NCBI GenBank assembly: GCA_963707585.1
Contig: CAVPQP010000003.1
Location: 334,511 to 398,510, forward strand
From: an uncultured Actinomycetes bacterium
Lineage (GTDB): Bacteria > Actinomycetota > Thermoleophilia > Gaiellales > JAICJC01
Direction: 5' to 3'
Length of the DNA stretch: 64,000 nt
Every line of letters begins with the position of its first letter. Within the stretch, counting starts at the first letter, position 1. A model generated the notes under the pieces. That model was given only the letters and a program-made list of their open reading frames with translations, was not told the DNA's origin and made no database searches. Both the position numbers and the translations under genes were made by a program. Below, piece by piece: positions 14,844 through 25,013 of the stretch.

Positions 14844-15446
14844 TCAGCGGTGAAGCTCGGCACGGCAGCGGGCGATCATCGCCTCCGCGTCGGTGACGGG
14901 GCGCGCCTCGGCGGCGGCGACGCCCACCGCGCGGAGCGGGCTCGCCGGCGAGACGATGAGCATGCGGGTGCGCACGACCGCCTCGGGCGGGATGCGCCCG
15001 GCGTCCCGGTCGAAGGCCGCGGCGAGATCGCGCAGGTCGGCCTCGACGGCTCGCACGGCGCGCCGGTCGAGCACCCACCACCCGGCGCTCGGGCTGCGGT
15101 CGTATGCCTGGGCGCACGTCTCGCGCAGCATCCGCGCGACGCGCAGCTGTGCGCGGCGCGATCGCAGCTCGGCGCGGCGGCGCTCGCAGCGCGGGTCGTG
15201 GGAGCCGGCGAGCACGAGCGCGTCGAGCGTCTCGACGCGATCGCCGTCGGCGATCCCCAGCCGGAGGAGCTCGATCGCCGTCCATCCCGCCGCGCCGGCC
15301 GCCACCCACAGCATCAGGTCCCGCTCGGCCGGGATGAGCAGCGCCGCCGCCGCGGCGCAGGCGGCGAGCACGACCGCGCTCGCCAGGCGCTCCTGCAGGC
15401 GGGCGATTCGGCGGGCGATGGCGTCGAGCTCGGTCACGGTGTCCAC
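14844..15446 (-). CDS. Hypothetical membrane protein (2 TM)
   Basis: Open frame with two hydrophobic segments (ASAVVLAACAAAAALLI, LMLWVAAGAAGWTAIELL); start uncertain. Confidence 0.55.
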   Translation of the reverse strand: MDTVTELDAIARRIARLQERLASAVVLAACAAAAALLIPAERDLMLWVAAGAAGWTAIELLRLGIADGDRVETLDALVLAGSHDPRCERRRAELRSRRAQLRVARMLRETCAQAYDRSPSAGWWVLDRRAVRAVEADLRDLAAAFDRDAGRIPPEAVVRTRMLIVSPASPLRAVGVAAAEARPVTDAEAMIARCRAELHR

Positions 15447-15510
15447 TGAGGTGCATACTCGCGAAGTCCGCCGCCGGATGCGTCGACCGCTCACCGCTAA
15501 CCTCACGCGG

Positions 15511-15843
15511 ATGCGGGTCGCCAATCTGGGATTGCGCTTCGTGCTCGAGCTTGCCGCCCTCGCAGGGCTCGGCGTGTGGGGCCTCGACGCCGCCGGCGGC
15601 GTCGCGGGCATCGGCCTCGCGATCGCGGCAGTGGTCGCCGGCGCGGTCGTCTGGGGCATCTGGTGCGCCCCGAAATCGGACCGCCGGCTGGCGCAGCCCG
15701 GCCGCACCGTCGTCCAGGCCGCCGTCTTCGGGCTGGGCGCGGTGGGGTACGCCGCCGCCGGACATGCTGCGACCGCAGCGGTCTTCGTCGCGCTTGCGGC
15801 CGTGAACTGGGCGCTGCTCTTCGCCTGGCGTCAGGACCCGTGA
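15511..15843 (+). CDS. YrdB/DUF2568-like membrane protein
   Basis: MRVANLGLRFVLELAAL...VWG...WGIWCAPKS pattern, about 4 TM; TAACCT -10 seven nt upstream. Confidence 0.75.
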   Translation: MRVANLGLRFVLELAALAGLGVWGLDAAGGVAGIGLAIAAVVAGAVVWGIWCAPKSDRRLAQPGRTVVQAAVFGLGAVGYAAAGHAATAAVFVALAAVNWALLFAWRQDP

Positions 15844-16211
15844 GCAGCCGGGCGCTCGGCGCCCGTCGTCTCCAGGAAGCGGTCGAGCGCCGCCGCCGAC
15901 CGCGGCCGGATCGACGGCAGGCCGGTGATGCCGTAGGCGGCGAGCGCCTCGGCGAGGCCGTCGCGGCCGCCGACGATCGCGAGCACGTAGCCGTGCCGCG
16001 CGAACTCCTCGGCCTGCTCGGCGACCTGCTCGAGCAGCGGTCCGGCGATCGCCGCCGGGTATGCCGCGCTGGGGAGCTGCACCGCTCCCCAGCCCGCCCG
16101 CTCGAGCGCCGCGAGACCGTCGACGCCGCCCGCGGACGGGTTCACGAGCTCGTCGGCGATCAGGGCGACGCGGTAGCCGCGCGCGTCGCCTGCCTCCGTG
16201 CGCTCAGCCAC
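15831..16211 (-). CDS. Hypothetical protein coupled to the TudS-related gene
   Basis: [14 protein letters not shown]...GWGAVQLP...[14 protein letters not shown]; GTG start overlaps the upstream gene end. Confidence 0.6.
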   Translation of the reverse strand: MAERTEAGDARGYRVALIADELVNPSAGGVDGLAALERAGWGAVQLPSAAYPAAIAGPLLEQVAEQAEEFARHGYVLAIVGGRDGLAEALAAYGITGLPSIRPRSAAALDRFLETTGAERPAAHGS

Positions 16212-16755
16212 CCGCGGGCTCGGTGAGCGCGGCGACGGCGGCCTGATTCTCGCCCTCGTCGTGGCCGGGCAGCTGGTGGGTGATCCCGGTCGCGCGCGGC
16301 AGCGGCACGCCGCGCGCAAGGAGCTCGGCCTCGAGCTCCTCGATGAAGATGCCGCTGCCCGGTGTGAGCTCGTCGGCGCCGTCCGGCCACTCCGGCCGGC
16401 CGTGGCGGGTGGGGTCGGAGCTCGTCACGTGTACGCCCATCGACGGGCTGCCCTCGAGCCCCACGAGGATGACCTCGTCTCCCGCGCGCACGTGGAACTC
16501 GATCGCGCCCGCGACCGACGCGGCCAGACGCCGGCAGTGGCGCCGGTACGCGGTGGTATCGAGCTGCTCCTTCACCGCCCAGAACCGGTGCAGGCCGGTG
16601 AACGCGAGCTCGGGGCAGGGCATCTGCTGCACCTGCCAGTCACGCTCCCGCAGCGCCGCGACGAGGGGAGAGTAGATGCCGGGGCAGCGGGCGCCGCCCG
16701 AGCACTTGGAGTTCTGGTTCAGCAGGCAGTGGGCGACGAAGGCGACTCCCGGCAT
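16204..16755 (-). CDS. TudS/DUF523-related putative Fe-S desulfidase (CD3072-like)
   Basis: [32 protein letters not shown]; leaderless (TACACT six nt before ATG). Confidence 0.75.
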   Translation of the reverse strand: MPGVAFVAHCLLNQNSKCSGGARCPGIYSPLVAALRERDWQVQQMPCPELAFTGLHRFWAVKEQLDTTAYRRHCRRLAASVAGAIEFHVRAGDEVILVGLEGSPSMGVHVTSSDPTRHGRPEWPDGADELTPGSGIFIEELEAELLARGVPLPRATGITHQLPGHDEGENQAAVAALTEPAGG

Positions 16756-16884
16756 CCGGCCAGTGTACCGGCGCCCTCGCGGAGAACTACGGCCGCGGTT
16801 ACGCGTGTCACCCGATGCGGCCGGCCCCACGCCGCGCCGACAATTCGGAGTGCCGGCACGCCCGAAGGAAAGGCCACGCTCCCC

Positions 16885-19152
16885 ATGCTCTCACCCCACG
16901 CTGACGCTCGTCTGCACGCCTCCGACCCGCACCGCGGCTTCCGCCCCGGCCCGTGGCTGGAGGGGGCCGACGTCCGCGACTTCATCCAGCGCAACTTCAC
17001 GCCCTATGCGGGCGACGCCGCCTTCCTGGCCGGCCCCACCGATCGGACGACCCGGGTCTGGGACATCCTGCGCGGCCGCATGCTCGAGGAGCGCGAGCGC
17101 GGTGGCGTGCTCGACGTCGACGCCTCGACGCCAAGCACGATCACGGCCCATGCCCCCGGGTACATCAGCCGCGACGACGAGCTGATCGTCGGCCTGCAGA
17201 CCGACGCCCCGCTGCGGCGCGCGATCTTCCCCAACGGCGGCTGGCGGATGGTCGAGGCGGGCCTCCAGGCGTACGGCTTCGAGCCCGACGAGCGCGTGCG
17301 CGAGATCTTCACCAAGCACCGCAAGACCCACAACGACGGCGTCTTCGACGCCTACACGCCGGCGATCCTCGCCGCCCGCCGGGCCGGCATCGTCACGGGT
17401 CTGCCCGACGCCTACGGCCGCGGCCGCATCATCGGCGACTACCGCCGCGTCCCGCTCTACGGCGTCGACCAGCTGATCGAGTGGAAGCACCAGGAGCGGG
17501 CCGAGCTCGACCAGGCGTTCGGCACCGAGGACGTCATCCGCGACCGTGAGGAGCTGGCCGAGCAGATCCGCGCGCTCGCCGAGCTGCGGACGATGGCGGC
17601 TGGCTACGGGCACGACATCTCCCGGCCGGCCGCCACCGCCCACGAGGCGGTGCAGTGGCTCTACTTCGCCTACCTGGCGGCGGTGAAGGAGCAGAACGGC
17701 GCCGCGATGTCGCTCGGGCGCACGTCGACCTTCCTCGACGTCTACTTCGAGCGCGACCTCGCCGACGGCACGCTCGGCGAGCGCGAGGCCCAGGAGCTCG
17801 TCGATGACTTCATCATGAAGCTGCGGGCGGTGCGCTTCCTGCGCACGCCGGAGTACGAGCAGCTGTTCTCGGGAGACCCGACGTGGGTGACCGAGTCGCT
17901 CGGCGGGGTCGGCGAGGACGGCCGGCCGCTGGTCACGAAGACGAGCTTCCGCTACCTGCAGACGCTGCGCAACCTCGGCCCGGCGCCCGAGCCGAACATG
18001 ACCGTGTTCTGGTCGCCGCAGCTGCCCGAGGGCTTCAAGCGCTTCTGCGCGCAGGTCTCGATCGAGACGAGCTCGATCCAGTACGAGTCCGACGAGTGCA
18101 TGCGGCCGCGCTTCGGCGACGACACCGCCATCGCCTGCTGCGTCTCGGCGATGACCATCGGCAAGCAGATGCAGTTCTTCGGCGCCCGCGTGAACCTCGC
18201 CAAGGCGCTTCTGTACGCGATCAACGGCGGCCGCGACGAGATGTCGGGCGCGCAGGTCGGGCCCGAGGGCGGCGGCGTCACCGGCGACGGCCCGCTCGAC
18301 TACGCCGACGTCGACGCGCGCTACGACGACATGCTCGACTGGCTGGCCGAGACGTACGTGCACGCGCTCAACTGCATCCACTGGAGCCACGACCGCTACG
18401 CCTACGAGCGGATCGAGATGGCGCTCCACGACCGCGCCGTGCTGCGGACGATGGCGTGCGGCATCGCCGGCCTGTCGGTCGCCGCCGACAGCCTGTCGGC
18501 AATCAGGCACGCGCGCGTGTTCCCGATCCGGGACGAGCGCGGCCTCGTGGTCGACTACCGCGTCGAGGGCGACTTCCCCACCTACGGCAACGACGACGAC
18601 CGGGTCGACGAGATCGCGGTCGACCTGGTGCACCGGTTCATGGAGAAGGTGCGGCGGCATCCCACCTACCGAGGCGCCGTGCACACCCAGTCGGTGCTGA
18701 CCATCACCTCGAACGTCGTCTACGGCAAGCACACCGGCAACACGCCGTGCGGCCGGCGCGCGGGCGAGCCGTTCGCCCCCGGCGCGAACCCGATGAACGG
18801 CCGTGACCGCCACGGCATGGTCGCCGCTGCGCTGTCGGTGTCGAAGATCCCCTACGAGGACGCCGAGGACGGCATCTCGCTCACGACGACCGTCGTGCCC
18901 GACGCGCTCGGCCGCACCGAGGACGAGCGCATCGGAAACCTGGTCGGCGTGCTCGACGGCTACGTCGCCGAGGGCGGGTTCCACATGAACGTGAACGTGC
19001 TCGACCGGCCGACGCTCGAGGACGCGATGGAGCACCCGGACCGCTACCCCCAGCTGACCATCCGCGTCTCCGGCTACGCGGTCAACTTCGTGCGCCTGAC
19101 CCGCGAACAGCAGCTCGACGTCATCAGCCGGACGTTCCACGGGAGCGTGTAG
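16885..19152 (+). CDS. pflB: Pyruvate formate-lyase (formate C-acetyltransferase)
   Basis: Intact frame; [39 protein letters not shown] (Cys-Cys), [15 protein letters not shown] (glycyl radical); AAGGAAAGG RBS. Confidence 0.97.
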   Translation: MLSPHADARLHASDPHRGFRPGPWLEGADVRDFIQRNFTPYAGDAAFLAGPTDRTTRVWDILRGRMLEERERGGVLDVDASTPSTITAHAPGYISRDDELIVGLQTDAPLRRAIFPNGGWRMVEAGLQAYGFEPDERVREIFTKHRKTHNDGVFDAYTPAILAARRAGIVTGLPDAYGRGRIIGDYRRVPLYGVDQLIEWKHQERAELDQAFGTEDVIRDREELAEQIRALAELRTMAAGYGHDISRPAATAHEAVQWLYFAYLAAVKEQNGAAMSLGRTSTFLDVYFERDLADGTLGEREAQELVDDFIMKLRAVRFLRTPEYEQLFSGDPTWVTESLGGVGEDGRPLVTKTSFRYLQTLRNLGPAPEPNMTVFWSPQLPEGFKRFCAQVSIETSSIQYESDECMRPRFGDDTAIACCVSAMTIGKQMQFFGARVNLAKALLYAINGGRDEMSGAQVGPEGGGVTGDGPLDYADVDARYDDMLDWLAETYVHALNCIHWSHDRYAYERIEMALHDRAVLRTMACGIAGLSVAADSLSAIRHARVFPIRDERGLVVDYRVEGDFPTYGNDDDRVDEIAVDLVHRFMEKVRRHPTYRGAVHTQSVLTITSNVVYGKHTGNTPCGRRAGEPFAPGANPMNGRDRHGMVAAALSVSKIPYEDAEDGISLTTTVVPDALGRTEDERIGNLVGVLDGYVAEGGFHMNVNVLDRPTLEDAMEHPDRYPQLTIRVSGYAVNFVRLTREQQLDVISRTFHGSV

Positions 19153-19154
19153 CC

Positions 19155-19931
19155 GTGCCGCATCCACGCTCGGCGGCGGCGGCCGCCGTGCTGCACGTGC
19201 CGGCGGCCGCCGGCCGCGTCCACAGCTGGGACGTCTCGACCGGGGTCGACGGGCCGGGCACGCGCCTGGTCGTCTTCCTGGCCGGCTGCCCGCTGCGATG
19301 CGTGTACTGCCACAATCCCGACACATGGCGCATGCGCGACGGCGGCCTTTCCGGCGTCGCCGACGTCGAGCGGCGCATGCAGCGCTACGCCCGGTTCGTG
19401 ACCACCGCCGGTGGCGGCGTGACGGTGTCGGGCGGCGAGCCGCTGCTGCAGCCCGCCTTCACCCGCGGCCTGCTCGAGGCGGCGAAGGGCCTTGGCCTGC
19501 ACACGGCGCTCGACACCGCCGGCTCGCTCGGCGACCGCGCCGACGACCGCCTGCTCGCCGCCACCGACCTCGTGCTGCTCGACATCAAGGCCGGGAGCGA
19601 GGACGCCTACCGTCGCCTGACCGGCGGCGCACTCGCGCCGACGCTCGCCTTCGCCGATCGCCTCGCCGCGATCGGAAAGCCGGTCTGGGTGCGCTACGTG
19701 CTCGTGCCGGGCTGGACGGACGCTCCGGACGAGGTCGCGGCCGTCGCCGCCCGGTGCGCCTCGCTGGCGAACGTCGAGCGGGTCGACGTGCTCGCATACC
19801 ACACGCTGGGCCGCGCGAAGTACGAGCGCCTCGGCCTCCCCTTCCCGCTCGCCGGCACGCCGCCGCCGACACCCGCACAGCTCGACGCGGCCCGCGCGAT
19901 CTTCGCCGAGCGCGGCCTGGCCGTCTCGTAG
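19155..19931 (+). CDS. pflA: PFL-activating radical SAM enzyme
   Basis: VDGPGTR, GCPLRCVYCHNPDTW, GGVTVSGGEPLLQ, WVRYVLVPG. Confidence 0.95.
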   Translation: MPHPRSAAAAAVLHVPAAAGRVHSWDVSTGVDGPGTRLVVFLAGCPLRCVYCHNPDTWRMRDGGLSGVADVERRMQRYARFVTTAGGGVTVSGGEPLLQPAFTRGLLEAAKGLGLHTALDTAGSLGDRADDRLLAATDLVLLDIKAGSEDAYRRLTGGALAPTLAFADRLAAIGKPVWVRYVLVPGWTDAPDEVAAVAARCASLANVERVDVLAYHTLGRAKYERLGLPFPLAGTPPPTPAQLDAARAIFAERGLAVS

Positions 19932-19938
19932 GGGCGCC

Positions 19939-21413
19939 CTACGGCCTGTAGCCGGGCGGCGGCGGGCTGCACTCCCGCTGCACGAGCGCGCGCATGCGCG
20001 CGACCTCGCCCGCCTGGGAGGGCTCCGAGGCGATGTTCCGCAGCTCGTACGGATCCGTCTTCAGGTTGTAGAGCTCCTGGTAGCCGCCCGTGTAGCGCGT
20101 GTACATGTACCCGGTGCTGCGGATGCCGCAGAACGAGGGCGCATCCGACGGCGGGTTCCCGGCCATGTGCTCGAGCAGGAACTGCGTGCGCCACGGTGGA
20201 TGCGGCGTGCGCCTCTCGAGCAGCGGCAGGAAGCTGCGGCCCTCTGTCGGCGGGTGCCGCGCCCCCGCGATGGCCGCGAGCGTGGGCGCCCAGTCGATGT
20301 TCGCGATCAGGTGGCTGTCGGTCGCCGGCGCTGCGCGTGGCGGGCTCGTACCGCACGACCAGGGGGACGCGCAGCGCCTCGTCGTAGGGCACCTGCTTGC
20401 TCCCGGCCGAGAGCCGGTGCTCGCCCCAGCTGATGCCGTTGTCCGACGCGAACAGGATCACGCTGTGGGCGAGCCGGTGGGTCGCGCGCAGCGACGCGAC
20501 GATCGATCCGACCTCGTTGTCGACGGTGACGAGCGTCTGGTACTCGGCCTGCCGCTCGGCGTAGATCTGCTCGTCCTGGAGGTGGTCGAAGCGCGGTAGC
20601 TTGCGGATCCACGGAGGCTTGTCGGAGACGTCTGCCTCGTTGTAGCTCGGCGGCCGGTACTGGGGCAGGTGCAGGAACCGGTTCGCGTACTTGCGCTGCG
20701 GGAAACGACGGCAGGTGGGGCGCATACGGGGCGTAGTAGACGAAGACCGGCTTGTTCCTGGGCGCCGTGTCGATGAACCGCGTCGTCGCCTTCCCGAAGT
20801 AGGTCGTCGAGTACGCGTTCACCTTGTGCGGCAGCCGGCATCCACGCTTGCGCCTGGCATGCGCCCGGGGCGTTCGAGAACACGTAGTAGGGGTAGTACT
20901 CGGGCTCGTAGTCGAACGCGACCCACCGGTCCCAGCCGGGCGGCACGCCGCCCGCCGTAGGAGTTCAGGTACTTGCCGAAGAGGCCGGTGTCGTACCCGT
21001 CGGCGTGCAGCCAGGTGGCGATCGTCGAGCGCTCGTCGCCGTTCTGCGCGGAACGCCGGCGCGCCGCCGTGGGGCGGATGGTTGTCGTAGACGCCGGTGG
21101 TGTGTGCGTAGTTGCCCGTGAGGATGCTCGCCCGGCTCGGGCAGCACAGGGAGTCCGAGACGAACGAGTTTGTGAACGTCACCCCGTGCTTCACGAGCAG
21201 CTTCTGCACGTTCGGCATCGACCACAGCGTGTCCCAGCGCTGGTCGTCGGTCAGGATCACGATCACGTTCGTGCGCTTCGTGGTCGCGACCACGACGGAG
21301 CCGGGCCGGCTGCCGCCGCCCGCCGTCCCCCCTCTGGTGGCGAGCACGACGGCCGCGACGATCACGATGGCCGCCGCGACCGCAGCTCCTGTGGCGCGCA
21401 GCCCGGGCGTCAT
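19939..21413 (-). CDS. Exported type I sulfatase; frameshifted
   Basis: N-terminal hydrophobic signal/TM; NVIVILTDDQ, LCCPSRASILTG (CxPxR formylglycine motif), SDNG..WGEH, KQVPYDEALRVPL, ELYNLKTDPYEL. Confidence 0.88.
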
Positions 21414-21440
21414 CGCGACTTCAGAGCGTACCGGCCGCAC

Positions 21441-21457
21441 CTAAGAGGCCGCTGAGG
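21441..21457 (-). promoter_or_regulatory. MprA-type direct repeat upstream of the sulfatase
   Basis: Minus strand CCTCAG-cggcc-TCTTAG, then 10 nt, then a TACGCT -10 (21425-21430). Confidence 0.6.
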
Positions 21458-21483
21458 TCCGCGTGTCCCCAGCGCCGGCCGCG

Positions 21484-22519
<1,036 letters not shown>

Positions 22520-22556
22520 CGCCCCGGGAGGATAGTCCAGCGCCGCCGCCGGCGCG

Positions 22557-22968
22557 TCAGTCCGTGTGGCCGCCGGAGGCAGCGACCACCGCCGCGCGGT
22601 CGGCGAAGGACACCCTCGCGACCTGGCCGATGCGCACGACGACGGGCGCGTGCCGCACCAGCGTGTAGCGGTCGACGCGGGCGGCCACGACGTAGGTGCC
22701 CGGCGGCAGCCTGAGCCGGAAGTTGCCGCCCGGGTCGGCGGTGTAGTAGCGCAGGAGCCGGAACCCGGCCGCGGTGCGTCCGGTGACGACGAGCGGGGCA
22801 TTGCGCACCGGCCGCGAGGCCGCGCTGCCGGCGTGCACGTCCTCGACGTGCCCGACGATGAACCCGCTGCGCGGAGCCGGCTTGGTCGAGGGGTCCGACG
22901 ACGCCGCCGGCACAGCCCGCGGTGACGAGCGCGAGGGCGGCGAGGAGGATGGGGACGCGGCGAGCCAT
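22557..22968 (-). CDS. Lipoprotein with a carboxypeptidase-regulatory-like beta domain; frameshift after the lipobox
   Basis: MARRVPILLAALALVTAGC lipobox; TADPGGNFRLRLPPGTYVV. Confidence 0.65.
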
Positions 22969-23008
22969 GCCTGTATGACGCGGAAGTCTCGCCGAAGTTC
23001 CGGCCGAC

Positions 23009-23025
23009 CTGAGAAGTGCCTAAGA
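23009..23025 (-). promoter_or_regulatory. MprA-type direct repeat
   Basis: Minus strand TCTTAG-gcact-TCTCAG, between the divergent lipoprotein and secreted-protein genes. Confidence 0.65.
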
Positions 23026-23135
23026 ATCCCGGCCGGCGGCCCGCTCGGCGTTGCGCCGGGCGCCCAGGGTGCCGCATAGTTGGAGCAGTGTCCCGGGATG
23101 GACACAGGGGATGAGCCTGTCGAGGAGGACGTGAG

Positions 23136-23868
23136 ATGAGCGGACGCCTGAAGCGCCGGATCGTGATCGCAGCAGTCGTGCTCGGCGTGGTTGGGCTCGG
23201 CGGCACCGCGCTCGCCACGTCCTCCTCGGGCGGGAACCCGTTCCTGAACGACGTCGCCCACCGTCTCGGCATCGCTCCTGCCAAGCTGCAGTCGGCGGTC
23301 AACGGTGCGATCACCGACCGACTGAACCAGCTCGTCAAGCAGGGCACGCTCACGCGCGCCCAGGCGAACGCGATCGAGCAGCGGATGAAGCAGCACGGCG
23401 GGGCGTTGCCGTTCGCCGGGCCCTTCGGCGGCCCGTTCGGCGGCGGGGCCTTCCATCGCCATTTCCGCGGCGGCCCGCGGCCCGCGTTCGGCTTCGGCGG
23501 CCCGCTGGGGTCGCTGCAGACGGCCGCGACCTACCTGGGTGTCTCGCCGGCGACGCTCGTCAAGGACCTGCGCTCGGGCAAGACGCTCGCCGCGGTCGCG
23601 AAGGCGAACGGCAAGTCGGTGAGCGGGCTCGAGGCGGCGCTGCTCGCGCTCGCACCGAGAAGCATCTCGCCGACGGCCGTCTACCGGCGCGCACCTGACC
23701 AAGGCGCAGGAGCGCCGCTTCCTGAGCCATGCTCTCGCGCGGCATCGACCGACTTCGTGACCGAGGGCTTCCACTTCGCGGTTCGGCGGCCCGATGCACC
23801 ACGGCTGGGACGGCGATCACGACGGCGGCACGATGAGCGGCAAGAGCGCCGCTCCCACCGCCTTCTAG
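23136..23868 (+). CDS. Secreted helical-repeat hypothetical protein; frameshifted 3' part
   Basis: Signal peptide; repeated VAHRLGI/AATYLGV and LVKQGTLTRAQA modules, LRSGKTLAAVAKANG, Gly/Phe/Pro-rich linker; GAGGAGG RBS. End approximate. Confidence 0.65.
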
Positions 23869-24274
23869 GTCGTCCGGCGGGGCGATCACGGTCGCCTCAC
23901 CGTCGACGACCTGGGTGTCGCCGACCCACGCCCGCGTCGCCAGGGTCGCGCGCCGGCGGGCCTCGTCCCACGCCGTCACCTCGACCTCGCAGCGCACGTC
24001 GTCTCCGGGCCGCACCGGCGCGGTGAACCGCAGCCGCTGGCCGAGGTAGATCGTGCCCGGCCCGGGCAGGTCGCCCGCGAGCAGGGCCGAGAAGAACGCG
24101 CCGGTGAGCATGCCGTGGGCGACGCGGCCGCTGAAACGGCGTCGTCCGGGCGTAGGCGTCGTCGAGGTGGACCGGGTTGTGGTCGCCCGAGACGTCCGCG
24201 AACGCCGCGATCGTCGCGTCCGAGACGTGGAAGGTGCGCTCGGCGCGGCTGCCGATGCGAAGCGTCGCGCTCAC
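23865..24274 (-). CDS. MaoC/PhaJ-like (R)-enoyl-CoA hydratase; frameshifted, end approximate
   Basis: FADVSGDHNPVHLD (D-x4-H dyad), HGML, LPGPGTIYLGQRLRFTAPVRPGD, VVDGEA. Confidence 0.85.
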
Positions 24275-25013
24275 ATGCGCAGCCCGCCGTTGATGTCGAG
24301 GCACGCGCCGGTCATGTAGTCCGCCTCGGCGGCGAAGACCACCGCGCGGGCGATCTCGTCGGGCCGGGCGAACCGGCCGAGCGGCACCCGTGCGAGCAGC
24401 CTGGCGCGGATCGGCTCGGGCACGCCGGCCAGCATGTCGGTGTCGGTGAAGCCGGGGCAGACGCAGTTGGCGGTGACGTCGTGGCGGGCGAGCTCGAGCG
24501 CGAGCGACTTCGTCCACGCGATCAGCCCGCCCTTGGCCGCCGCGTAGTTGGCCTGGCCGAAGTTGCCGAGCTCGCCGACGAAGCTCGCGACGGTCACGAT
24601 GCGGCCGAAGCCGGCCGCGCACATCGGCTCGAGGGCCGCGCGGGTGACGCGGTGCGTCCCGGTCAGGTTGACCTCGACGACCGACGTGAAGTCCGTCGTC
24701 GGTCATCTTGCGCACGGTCACGTCGCGGGTGACGCCCGCGTTGTTCACGAGGATGTCGAGGCTCCCGAACGTCTCGACCGCCGCCGCGGTGAGCGCCGGC
24801 CCGGTGGCGGGGTCGGCGATCGACCCGCCGACGGCGATCGCCCGCCCGCCGGCCGCGGTCACGGCGGCCACGAGCTCCTCGGCCGCCGCCCGCGAGGAGT
24901 TGTGGTTCACGACGAGCCGGCACCCGCGCTCGGCCAGGAGCTCGCACACGGCGCGGCCGATGCCGCGCGCACCGCCGGTCACGATCGCCGTCCTTCCGCT
25001 GCAGGTCAGTCAC
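24271..25013 (-). CDS. SDR 3-oxoacyl/acetoacetyl-CoA reductase (FabG/PhaB-like); frameshifted
   Basis: VTGGARGIG, LVNNAGVTRD..RKMT, GNFGQANYAAAKGG, CPGFTDTDM, INGGLRM. Confidence 0.85.

Noticed and set aside
16756-16884. Possible pfl (ZTP) riboswitch upstream of pflB
   Set aside because: The conserved GACUGGCG...GUGG...CCAC and CGCCUGGG elements are not present.
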